From Lingula anatina (lineage: Eukaryota; Animalia; Brachiopoda): a DNA stretch of 64,000 bases. Location: positions 8,556,001 to 8,620,000 of the forward strand of contig CM120647.1 of NCBI GenBank assembly GCA_051362555.1. Reading direction: 5' to 3'. The notes under the pieces are model-generated. The model was given only the letters and a program-made list of their open reading frames with translations. It was not told where the DNA came from and ran no database searches. The position numbers were made by a program, and so were the translations under genes. This document shows positions 24,033 to 36,753 of the stretch, piece by piece. Position 1 is the stretch's first letter. Each line of letters starts with the position of its first letter.

Positions 24033-25530
24033 GTAATGGCACTTCCAGTGTGGGTCCTGTCACTTACCACAGCACTTGCATTTGAATTGTTTTTATCTGC
24101 ATTGGGCAATTCAATGTTTAACACGAAGAAATGTTCCTTTACAACAACAGTGCGAGGGTGGTTTTTCTACAATGCGAGCCCCTTAATACATCAAGCAATA
24201 GGATTTGTTGCAAAAAGTTGATCTCCTATCACTGAATTTGCATTTGTAAATCCCTTTGTTAATTACTGTACCGAATTCACAGGTTATCAATTCACGGTGG
24301 CTGTAATTTGAATCGTCTTTGTGGAAGCGAAGCGAAGTTAATGTTCATGCAAATGTTGCAGTCTCACCAAAGACATAATTATTTTATGATATACAGCAGA
24401 GTTGCTCGTTCTATCCGTCCATATCGACTTGTTATCGTTACTAATACAGGGAGATAACTCCTTGCTAATACAGAACTCAAACTTTCCGGTAAAAAGGGCA
24501 ATATACTTTTATTCGATACTTTTTATTAACCAATCTTCAGGAGAGGCCACATTCCAATTCATCAATGGGAGATTGGGAAGAAAACGTTTTTTATAGCCAC
24601 TTAAGACAGTTCATCCGAAACCTTAAATATTATTCATTATTGATCAGTAGTCATAATATGATATAAATCCTTAACAAAGTTTAATTTATTAGTAAACCTC
24701 TGTGCTTTGGTTTTAGTGACAGAAAACAACATCGATAACCAACATTTCACTTTTTGACGCCGGTTGTTTGTGAAAATGTCGTTTGCTGGGAAATGAAATA
24801 TTTTAATTTTAATGACGTACAAAATTTCAAAACCAAGACGATAGAAACATTTTTAGGGTCATAAACCATCAGAGGTAATTGTAGTGGCTTATATGGTGTC
24901 CGAAGTGCGTTTTATTTACTTAACAAGTTACGTGTTGATGATGAATGAATTATAATAATTAATAAAAATTAGAGAAACTAAAACGTGGAAATTCTTTGAA
25001 ATACAAAAATAACTTTTTTTCAAAATTACAGTCAGAGATGATCCAATTGGCCAGTTCTTTACAGGCCTTTGTAATAAGCCGTTGCACACCCTAAGAGATA
25101 ATCTTTTCAATGTGCAAAAATGATCAAACTTTCAGATTTTTTTCTATACAAAAATTTATATTTTAGTATAGCATATGTAATGCTTTTATTGTATACAACA
25201 GGACTATAGAGTAGGTGACATTCTTATTTTCATGCTGCCACTTAATTAATACTGATGTTCAAATTTTAAGAAATTATATTGTCCTATAAAGTCAACATTT
25301 TCTCATTGAAAAGATAATTACAATACTAATACACTACTATGTATCGGTAGCCATGTTTAATAAGGCACAGTAATGCCAAATATTCATTTTGAATGAAATA
25401 TTTTTTTTTAATTTATAGATCTTGTATGTGTTTAAAAGCTTGGTAATCTGTGATATTTTTTTTTGTTGAAATAGAATTGAAATGCAGTATATATTAATAC
25501 ATTCTCGTGGTTTTTATTGTACAGACAGAG

Positions 25531-27675
25531 ATGAACATCCAACAGACTTCAACTGGTTTTATGATTTTGGATGAGAAGACTACTGTAAATGTTGAAAATA
25601 TCTTCAGTGGTCCCATTAAGTCTCAGCCCCCCGACAGAGCCAGCTGTAGCATTCAGCAGTGCAGTAATAGCAATAACAAGGCCAAACATAGCAGCAGCAG
25701 TCCCATAACAAAATGCAATTTTGCTGAAGGAAACAATAAGTTGACTCCGCACAATATCAGTAACAGTAACAAGACTCAACAAGCAGATAGTAGCATTGGA
25801 GCTCCACAGAAGTCTATTTGCGGTAATAGCAGTGATGGTCAACCCTTTAACAGTGACACCAACAAGGACAGTAGCAGTAGTGTTAAGAGGGCTAATTCAA
25901 AGTTGACTGGAAGCAGCAGCCAGTGTGGTGATGAGGATAAAATGGACTGTGAGCAGTACACAGAAATGTTGGCTAAAAGCGTGTATAGCAAGAGGAATCA
26001 CAGTGATATCATGGAGGCTGAGCATTCAGAAATGAAAGATGACAGCATCAATAATAAAACAAATAGTGATGAAGTTTCATCTTGCGGTAGTGACATCATT
26101 GATGATAATACCAGTAAAAGTAACGTAGCCAAGAAGGAAGAAACAAGAACTGAAAATAAGGCTGACACTACTTGTATCAGTAATAACAGCAACAGTGACG
26201 GTGCCACTGATGGTAACATTGCTAGTGGTGGCGATAGCAGTAACAGTACCACTGAAAATAATGACAATGTGGTGCAATGGAGCCAGGCTGAGTTCTTGAG
26301 GTTTAGGAACAAGCTGTTTGAAATTATGGAGGAATTACGAATTAAAAGGGTAATTAGACTGGAATTGTTAAAGGGATAACAACTCTTCATTTTGGCGGGA
26401 AAAGTACCATAAAATGGGTTTTCTCGGGGTGATTTTCCCATATTTTCCAGTGGTAAATGAATCTGTTCTGACATTCAAAGTAAGTTTTTTTTTTAGTGTT
26501 AATTTTGTAATAAAGGAATAATTGGAATGGTATTATGAATGATAATTAATTATTTTGTCTTGTTGTTGAACTTTGCTAGGTTTTAGAAGCAGAAAATGAA
26601 GAACGTCTTAAGGAGTTGGTGAGAGAGAAACAGGATCTAGAAAAGAAGCTGGTAAGGCCCTCTTCTCAAACAGCATAGGTCCACTGTGCTTAGGTTGATC
26701 CAACTCTGCAGGGTCTCTCGCTGGAAGCAAAAGGAGACATCATTCAGTTAAGCTTCCAACCGATACTCGTAAAATCACCAGATTTTCTGTATTCTACTAA
26801 TCACCTGGAGCCGATTACACTTAGGGCGTATTCCCAGAGCTTTTAGATCGATCTATCCCCGTGTGGAGTCTCACTAGATTACTGGCAGATAATCCGGCTT
26901 AAATGTCCGCCCGGCCTACCACAAGCTGTAAGGGGGTAAATAGCTTTCGTGCCCGCTGACAGCTATTTAGCGTGAACCCCCAGGGAGTTAGGTCGATCTA
27001 AAGTAGATCAGTCTAATCTCTAGGAATGGGGTCTTAGGTCACCGAAGAGTTGGTTGAATCTATGGTTGAATCTATGTGGATCATAGGTATCTAAGTGTGT
27101 ATGGAAACAATCCTTAAGAATGTACTGCCACAGAATGGAAAGAGTGCCCAGTAGCTGTATTAATTCACAAAATTAGATTGGCCTGGCTTTAATTGTGCTG
27201 GCATTGGCAAAGACCAGTGTTGATATACTGTAGCAGACTCAGGGGCAGATCCAGAGATATTTTCTGACAGTCTTCAAAATTATCTTTGTTGAACCATCCT
27301 CCATTTTTGACTGTCTTCCAAAAGAAAAAAAAATAGATCATATTGTCCAGAAATATAAACTCAAGAGATTTTTACCGTCTTTCAGAAGGAGTAGAAGATA
27401 GCTTCCATCTGCCCCTGAGGCTTTAATAAGTGACTGAAATGCTACTATGTTATGAAACATAATTTTTATCTTTCTTACTAGTATGTTAGCAAAGTGCCTG
27501 ATGCATATAATAAGGTTAAATCAACATGTATTTTTTTTCATTTCAGGATGAAGTGAGTTCAGAGAAAACACACCTGGTGAGCCAGCATGCTGAGGAGAGG
27601 GAAGTGCTGCAGCAGAAAAATAGAGCCAGCCTAAAGACACTGGAAGAGGAAAAGGTTAGAACATGCTATCTCTTC

Positions 27676-27721
<46 letters not shown>

Positions 27722-30700
27722 CTGAAGGAGGAAAACGTGAGTGCATGCTACCTCTTTAAAGAGAGAGAGAGAGAGAGAGAATTCACTGGAGGAGGAAAAG
27801 GTAAGTACATGCTATCTCTTCAGAGAGAGAGAGAGAGAGAAAGACCTTCCACGGCTCTCCATATAGCAAGTAGAATGCAATGTTTAAGTATCACTGCAGG
27901 CTGTTTGGTGGTGAGTATTAGATAAATCGGGAAAGTTTAATGGTGTGTGATTGAGCTCAAGTACTACAGTGTTGGGTGTAACAACAGAAAATAATGTTGA
28001 TCATATGAAGTATGTTAGATTCAGTGAAAGTGAACTTCACCTTTAAGAAATGAGGAGACAGCCCGGAGAAAATATTTCCTTTTTTTAATTGAAAAAAAAA
28101 TCATTTTAGGCTAAGCTGAAGATGCATATGCACTGCAATGAAACGGAGAAAAAATCCCTCAAAGATGATGTGAGGGTTCTGAAGGTAAGGCTTTTTTCCT
28201 CATAATAGTTATAGCCATTGGAGATTTTTTTCACATTTTTTCACATTTGAAAATACTTAGCATCTTAACTCTCAGTGCTACAATTAAAATGCTGTATAAA
28301 ACCCTTGTTTATATTCCATAAGATATCAGTCAGTTGCAAAACTTCAGTTTCTTTATTTTGTCTGAGAATTAAAAAATAATTAAATCAACAAAACATGGTC
28401 TATTTTGCTGAGAGAAAATGTCATTCATAGGCGAAACTCATGATGCCGTCTGCTTCAGCATATTTGTCTTGTTTCTTGGCTTGAAAGTCTTAAATGTCCA
28501 ATCTTAGTTGTTAGATTTTATATATGAATTAAGATGGACCTGTGTATCCAATGTTACAGTTCATGAAATACAACTTAGAAAAGAAAACCCAGGAACAAGA
28601 ACGGCAGCTGTGTCTGTGGAGGAACACCAAAGATGGAAGTCTTGCACAGATTCAGGAACTAGAGAAAAAGACCAAGATTTTTACGCAAGATGTGAAGAAG
28701 GTGATGGAAGTCCAGGAACGTCTGGAACTCAACGGTAAGTTGTCAAGGCAGTCAGGAAATGATTTTACATAAGAACTCCAGATTAACTTAGAGGGTGATC
28801 TCACCTTTTAATAGGGGAAAAGTCTTTTTTAGTCATCTGAAATTAAGTCCTTGAAGAGATATAACAACTGTTCATTTTGTTAAAAAAAAAAAGGATTTTC
28901 CTGGGATGAAGAACAATTATCTCATACTTACCAATGGTTAATGAATCTGTTCTGATATTCAAAATTAGTCCATATTTTTTTTTCCTAAAATTGTTGGTTT
29001 TATTGTAACAATCTCTTAAGTTGCTCTTGACAGTGTCAGTGTATTACTTTGTTTAGACCAATATTTTAAAGTCCTCTATAGATAGTCAGCTGTTCAAGTT
29101 AAGCAGTCTAAATTGAACCCAAAGCTGATATAGAGACTTATTTGTGAAACAGGCCCAGCAGTCTTTACAATGTTGGGACCCATTGTGCCGTCTCCTCCAG
29201 TGAGGAATCTCATCTAATACAATAGCCTTCTGACTAACTGAATGGAACAAACTGCAGTTGTTTTGCCTTCTTTACATTTTATTTTACAACTCATCAATAT
29301 TGAAAAGTATAAAAGTGAGTTTAAATTTGATACGCTGAGTAGAAATCTCAAAGATCTGCTAGCACCTTGTTAATTGTTCATTGTGCACTGCTTAAGTATT
29401 CAGTCTATTGCATTATACCTTTGAGAAGATATATGTGGTGTCTTCCCTGTTATTCTCTAAGCCTATAACAAGGTAATGCCTCATAATTTTTCTTTTTTAG
29501 CACTTTCTTAATATAATGGAATTATGATGCCTATTGACATTAATTACAAATCTTCAGAAAGGTCATTTTTAATATTATTAGGTGACTTAGAATTGATATA
29601 ATAGTGATCAGATTTGGCTAGAATGGCAACTACTGATTTTGATTTTTACCATGAAAAATTGAGATTTGTAAAGAAAAACGAGTTCTGAAGGAGGTAATTG
29701 AAGTCAGGAATACTGTAAAAATTAACAAAACAAACACATTTGGTACTGCAGCATGTGAAAAGTATAGTTTTTATTTTCTTGACATTCAATATGTAGAGTA
29801 TAATTTGGGCATTACAGAAATTAAATAATAAACATATTTATTCATATCAAGCAAAAATGTCATTTATACTTTATGTTAAAGGAAATATTAACAACACTTT
29901 AAATTAATATAATATCATTATGAAATGGAATGCCATCAAATTGAAATTATTATTTTTTGATTGGTTTTATGAGATTTGCACATAATGTTAATTAAACTTA
30001 TTTTGAATCATTTTATTTGATTTTTTGTAAATTAAAAATAAATTGAGTGGCACAGTGAAGAAAAAGCAACATTAAAAATGTGAAAAAAAAATGAAATTTT
30101 GAAATCATTTGTATTGTGCGGCAAAGCAAGTAACATAACCTTGTCATGGAATTAGGCTGCTGTCATTTTTTATTTGCACCAGTCTCCATAATAAGCCATG
30201 CTAAGTAGTAAAAGTTTTCAAGAATTACAATTGTTGGCCATAGTGACAAAATTATTTTAAAAAAATGGAAATGAAAAAGAAAAGTCTGTAGGTAAAGTTG
30301 ACAGACGTTAGCCAGCCTTTAACAATTATGAATGAATGAATGCTTAAAGCCATTAGCTGTAAACTATAAATAAAAATGAATATTGCAGTGGGAACTGTTT
30401 ATGCTTGTTAAAGGATTTTATGCTGGCAAGGTGCAGTGTTGGCCACTCTAAGCCAGTTTATAAGATTTGTAAGTCTGTAGGCATCAGCTGTTATAAAACC
30501 CCCAAAAATTGGAAGTAAATGATAAAAGACAAAATAAATGAGAAAATGAATTCAACATGTAATGTTTAAATATGTTCTCCATGACAACATGTAATCTCTT
30601 GGTATGCTCACTATGGCAACGTGGAATGTTTATACATGTTCACCATGACAACATGGTGCCGCATCCCCCCTCTGTTTACAGCACTCCCAAACATACTCCA

Positions 30701-33700
30701 CTCTTTCCAGCCTCCCCTCGCTGTCATAACGCTCAATCTTTAACTTTCCGCGAGGATGAAAATGACATGCCATCTTGTGATTGTCTTTGAGAGTATAAAG
30801 TCTGTGACATCGCAGACACTGAAGTACGGCTCCATGCGCTTTGGGGCCTGTGCCTTGTCGTGCGGCGTGTGCTTGTTTGATAGCCTCATTCTGTTTCTCC
30901 ATCACAGGAGGAAGTTTACTCAATCCCCGTGCGGGGGCGTGGTGGTGCACGTCCTTTACCTTGACTGGTTTTGTAAAGACAACTTTATTAACGTGCACCT
31001 GAGATGACTTTTGAGGACTGCCTTGGCGAGAGTTATTATTTCTGTCCACATCAGCCTGGGCTGTTTTCGATTGAGCAGTTTTGTCAGTCTTAGACAAACT
31101 GCCCTTGCTGTCCTGGTGCACCACACTGTGTTCTCTCCTGTGTAAACTGTCCTTACTGTCTTGGTGTTTCAAGCTATGTTTACTATTCTCCCGTCTGTGT
31201 AAACTTTCCTTACTATCATGCCGTTTCAGACTCTGCATGCTGTCCTTACTACTCCCTCTCTGAGTGAGGGACGGAATTCTTCTCTCGCCAGTTTTGGGGT
31301 CATTTTGATTTGACTGTGGCGCCACCTTCATGTTGTTTTCATGGGTGGCTGCACCATGTTGTATGTGTATTGTCACTACTCTTTGATTTTCCTTACACAG
31401 CTGATATTGCTGTGCAACATTGCTACTGTCTTTGGGTTGTTGATGTTGTTGATGGTGGTGGTTACGTTCTCTCTGTTCCTTATGCTGTTGATACTTTTTG
31501 AAGTCATCGATTTGATTTTTAAGCAGGCTCAATTCGCGGTGAAACTTTTCCTCCGTCTCTTTCACCGATTCTTGTTGCCTTGAGAGGTCTTGCCACTGTT
31601 GCCTTAGCAACCAGTCTAGAGATTTTTGTCCTCCCTCAGCCACGTTTAGTGTCTCCATGCACCTTGTTCTCTCCTCTATGTACGATTCGACTTTTTCCGA
31701 AACTATCCCAACGTTTCGCTCTAGAAGTTCAATTTGACTAAAACCGATATCATCCTCTTGATTACCTCTATTATACACACGTAAATTATCTGGCATAACT
31801 GCCATCAATTTTTCGTTCAGTACCTGGATTTTCGCATCGAGTTCCAAAACCATGCGTCGTTGCCGTTCTATTTCTCTCATGGCAGTTTCCACTTTATCTT
31901 TGCCACCTTGGCGTTCCATCTGAATTTTTGCCCCAATCCAGGATATGAGATCATTTTTATCCCGCTTGGATATTTTATTAGCATACTTCCCATTGATGTA
32001 CTCTGACGTTAGGTTTGTGATGTCGCTGTCGATGTGTTTAGGCAGTGAATACATCCTGGGCTTTTCCACAGAAAGGAGAAGATTTTGAAAATTCACAATA
32101 CTTTCCGTCTGTGTAGCAGTCGTCATGTTGTTCTGCTATTTTTTTAAATTTCTTCTAATCCTAAATCCTAAGTGACATGTTTAAGCAATTCATTTGTCCT
32201 AGTTGTTTACCCTGTCTTGAATTAGTTCCTCGTATTTCAAGTCAGTTTGAACTCATTATTTCGTATTTGGTGGAATGTAGTCCATCTTAATTGAACTGAC
32301 AGACTGTAACAGTGCAGCAACAGAATTTTAATAAATTATTGTTCTTGTTCTTGTTTTACATGGTGTATATCCCAAAAGTGTTACATGACAATCATTGTAT
32401 CCCAAGAAATGATAGGTATGTTGATTTTTTTCTATCCCTGCATAATAGATTGTGGCGTATCTACTTTGATGACGGTGTATAGTCCGTTGTTTGACTGGCT
32501 CCTTGGTGAATGGGTGGCTTGGATTTATCTCCAGGACTCTGTGGCTCGTGCTTAGAATTTTAGTATGATGTCATCTGAGCGTTGAAGCCATAGCCTGTGA
32601 ATAAAAAAAGATAAAGAAACATAAATGCATAAAAATGATAAGAAGTCTGACGCAGAGGAATATAATGAAAATAGTAATAATTTTATTGGGCTCTTCATGT
32701 TGCATTGTCACATTTGCCAGCCCTTAATACTACTTTTTTTATACAAATTAGGTGTATATATTTGTGTATAAAATTATATAATTTGAGCCTTGAGGTTTTG
32801 TCTAGTTTTGTATAGATATCAACTCTCAAATAAAATACAACATAACCTTTTGAACTATGGTGGCAGAAAACAAAATTCAAGTAAACATTTTAAATTATGA
32901 TAATATCAAGTTTTTTGTTCTGAAAATGACAGATAGATAATAGTGATGAGTTTTCATTTATCTCTGCCACACAGGGTGGGGGGTCCTGTCAATTCTAACA
33001 TAATAATGTGCCAGTAGATGAAAGGCATTGTTCAAATTAGCACATAGCCTGAGCAACAAGGGGCAAATATTCTGGTAGGTGTGAGATTACATAAAAGCTT
33101 TGTTCTTGTTGACACTGTAAAACTTGAACAAATGGAGACGGCTTGTTGAGCTGGAAACAGTTGCAGTTTGTTTAATGTTAGCAGTAGCCTGGGGTGGGGT
33201 TGATATGTCCCCTATGAGACTTGATGGTGAGAATCCATGTTTTCTCAGAAAAAATAATAATAGTAACAAATATAGTGAACTAAAATAAAGTAAAATAAAA
33301 TAAGAATTAAGAAAATGAAAAAGGAAAAATATGTTGGGGGTTTGTATTGAAGTTTTTCCCCCTTTATAAAAAAAAAAAAACTAATGAAATTTTCAAAAAA
33401 AAAAAAAAAAAGAAGAATTAAAAAGGTTATACTGTTATTCATATATTTAAATCAATTATTTTGAACAAAAATGATATAAATTGATAGGCAACACTTATCA
33501 CATAATGTTGTACGTCTGCCCACCATGGAGTTTACTTCAAATTATTTAACATTGGTATTTTCAAACTTTTTTAATTAACTATTGCTAGCAAAACTTTGTT
33601 TTGTTGGATAGTTATTAATTTATTTTGTTCAAATTTAGTGAGTAATTATAGTAATCAATACCACTTGTTGTCTGGACATATAATCTGACCTCTCCTGGTA

Positions 33701-33876
33701 TTTACATCTTAAATATTGGCTAGCCATTCAATAGACAGATCAAATACAATAAAGTAAGTTTGTTCCATAAGTTGGTTTAGGTAGCTATGGCAATTGTCTC
33801 ATCTAAAATTCTCAGCAGATTTCTTTTTGAATGATTTTATATAGCCCCTCACATGAATATGCATGCACGCACGCAT

Positions 33877-33908
<32 letters not shown>

Positions 33909-36718
33909 TGAGAGAGAGGAAAGAGTGAGCATCACTTTTTAATCCAACATTAAAGATCTAGTCGTACATAATGTCTAATTAAAATCAAAAACTTTAAAAT
34001 TTAGGTCAGTAAATCACAATTTACCTGACAGTTTGTAAATCCTGTCATTTCTTATGTTACAGTTAGTTGCACATTACCTCATTTTGTTCATAACATGTGA
34101 CATCACATACTCTCCACATAATTTGTTTGCTGAAACCCAGCACTGCACAGGCATCATTTGCGTACACTACTTGTACTCACTAGCTAGTATACTGCCCATA
34201 TATTTTCATTCCATATATTTAAGAGCAAGCAAGTTTAGCGGACAACCTCTTTACAGGTCTTCTCAAAAATCTTTTCTAGTGTTTAAGCATGAGGTCAACT
34301 GTGATTATAAAGTTAGTAGCTATCAAGTTCAGAAAGTCCAATTTCCTGACCTTGTTATTGTCGCAAAACAATCCAATCTGTCAGCAAGTTGAGTCCACAA
34401 ACTCAATATCCTGACCCTGTTTTATTGTTCAAAAAAGTCTCAGCTTGTCAATTAACCTGACATGTATTCCTATTACTATGTGTAGAAAGTATGTCCTGAT
34501 TCTATTTAAGTTTTAATATCCTGACCCTATTTTATTGTTCAAAAAAAGTCTGTTTGTCAATAAACCTGTTAACAAGACCAGTATTCCCATCACAGTGTGT
34601 AGAAAGTAAATGTCCTGATTCTGTCATGTTCCTGCCTAGATCAATAAAACTGTTTCCTTTCATAAAAACTGTAAATGGGCTGATCATTGGATATTTGACG
34701 TGCAAGTTTAAATTTTCCTTTGATTTTATGTAAAAACTAATATGTATTCAAGTGTCAGATGTTAGTGAAGTTCATCTTAACTTATTGTGAGATATTTGTT
34801 GATGATGCAAGGGAGAAAAATGTTATTTAGTAGTAATTTAAATAACAATAAAATGCAAAAACCCCACCCACGATTTCATTTGCTGGTAATGAGAACATGA
34901 TAAACATGCCCCCCCCCCTCCCCGGCCCACTTTCTTATGCATTTACTCCTTATGTCTCTATCAGTTTAGATATTAAGAACATATGCCCATTCCAACTCAC
35001 TGTATATTGACCAGTCAATATACAAACCGCCTTTGAAACGGATACAGGATATTTTCCCACTAGGTCATGCTTCAGATTTCTCCTTTCAACTTTACAAAAT
35101 AAAAAGCTCCATCTATTTTCAAGAAATGTAAGCTTTGACAGGCTGTCTATTAATGAAGTCAGTTGAGTTTTGTAAAAATGCGATCTGTATTCTACTGTGA
35201 ATAACCCGTATTGTATATTTCATTGTAAGTTAATGACAGCTTTCTTGTATGTAATATATACTGTCTGTTTTCTGTGTTGAATTTTTCATTACATAGCAGC
35301 TCGGGTGTAATTTCCGTTTGTTCACAGCGCATTGGGTCAGAAAATTGCTTTTGTCGCATTATTCCCTGGTTGTAGAGTTGAAGACCTTTTTTTTCTGAGC
35401 GAGATGGGCAGGATATGAAACCAAATACTGAGCTCTTTTATGTGAAAGAGGATATTTTGAAAAAAAGTTGAATCAAATAGTGGATGCCACATATGATTTT
35501 AAAACCAGAAGGTGGGTCTAGCTTCAGGGGCCCTTTTCACAAAAGGACATTAGATCATCTAAACTAAATTAAATATTGAGTCAGTTTCATTGAAAAAAAA
35601 AGAAAAAATGCCTAGCAAATGTTTTAGACCAATAACTACTTTATACGTTATAATAATAATTAAAATGTCTTGATTGTGAAATTCAGTGTCAATGACCTGG
35701 AGCAGTTCAGAATTTTCATCTTAGTTAAGACCAATATTCTCTGGCTGAAAATCATTTGTGTAGACATGCTCTTTAGGGATAATTGACAGACAAGCACAAA
35801 ATGCTTGGATTCTTTGTTTCTTTAACATTTGGATGCCATAGTCGAGTTTTTTTTTTTTAGATCAGCAAAATATTATCACGTAGGTATATATTTCTCAAGC
35901 TTTCGTGAATATTGTTTTCAATTGAGCTGTTTTGTTTCAAAATTCAATTCAATTTTTTGCCTTTTATTTATTTACTGTCATGTTGTTTTTAAATTAGATA
36001 TATTTATTCATTTGTTGCATTATTTATTTATTGTTATACATATTTTTGTATTTTTTCCTTACTTTTTACTCCTTTTAGATATCTACTGCTAATTCTTTGT
36101 ACCTGTACAGTATAGTAGTATTAAAACATGCCTGGTCACTAAAATGCTGACAATAACATGGACATTAAAATGTAATTTCCATTGAAATGTATGTAACACA
36201 TGTGTTCAACATGTGTACATTTTAGGAATGAACAGAACTTTGTCGCCTGGCAACTTGCAATTGTATAATTTTGTGCAATAACTGACACATAATTCGAATT
36301 TCATACCAGTTAACTGTAAGGATACGGTTGTTTAAAACCGGGCATTCTAAATATTTCACATTTGCAATATTAAAGATTTATAATGGACCAATAGTTTGTT
36401 TCTATTGTAATAAAACTACAATGCAGACTGCTATACACAAATACAGAACACAGACTCATTTTTTCCTATCGATTAGAAGGTAACAAAATCACCATGATTG
36501 TTTTATATGATGATTGATTTTTGCGCTGACAAAAGAAGTCGGTACAACAAAACTTATTTGATTGTACTAATAATGGGAACAGCATTGGAAAATGACATGT
36601 AACTGCTACAATCCAGCAGTTTTCTGGATAATGTAATGGCATAAGAGTTCTCGGTTTTAATGTTGTAGTTGATAAATTTATAACCTCCTCCACCTCTCTC
36701 TCTCTCTCCTTTCTTCCT

Positions 36719-36753
<35 letters not shown>

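Larger units (their letters stand above)
14203..26253. repeat. Tandem segmental duplication: unit 1 14203-20306, unit 2 20307-26253
   Basis: Long colinear near-identity. Junction ACCACT|GATGCACTTTGGG joins the unit end (ACCACTGAAAAT near 26250) to the unit start (GATGCACTTTGGG at 14203) with a 2-nt GA microhomology. Confidence 0.95.

Noticed and set aside
26350-26379. C-terminus VIRLELLKG* of ORF 25507..26379
   Set aside because: Read-through past the AGG|GTAATT donor into intron and a MITE end; the spliced frame continues at 26580.
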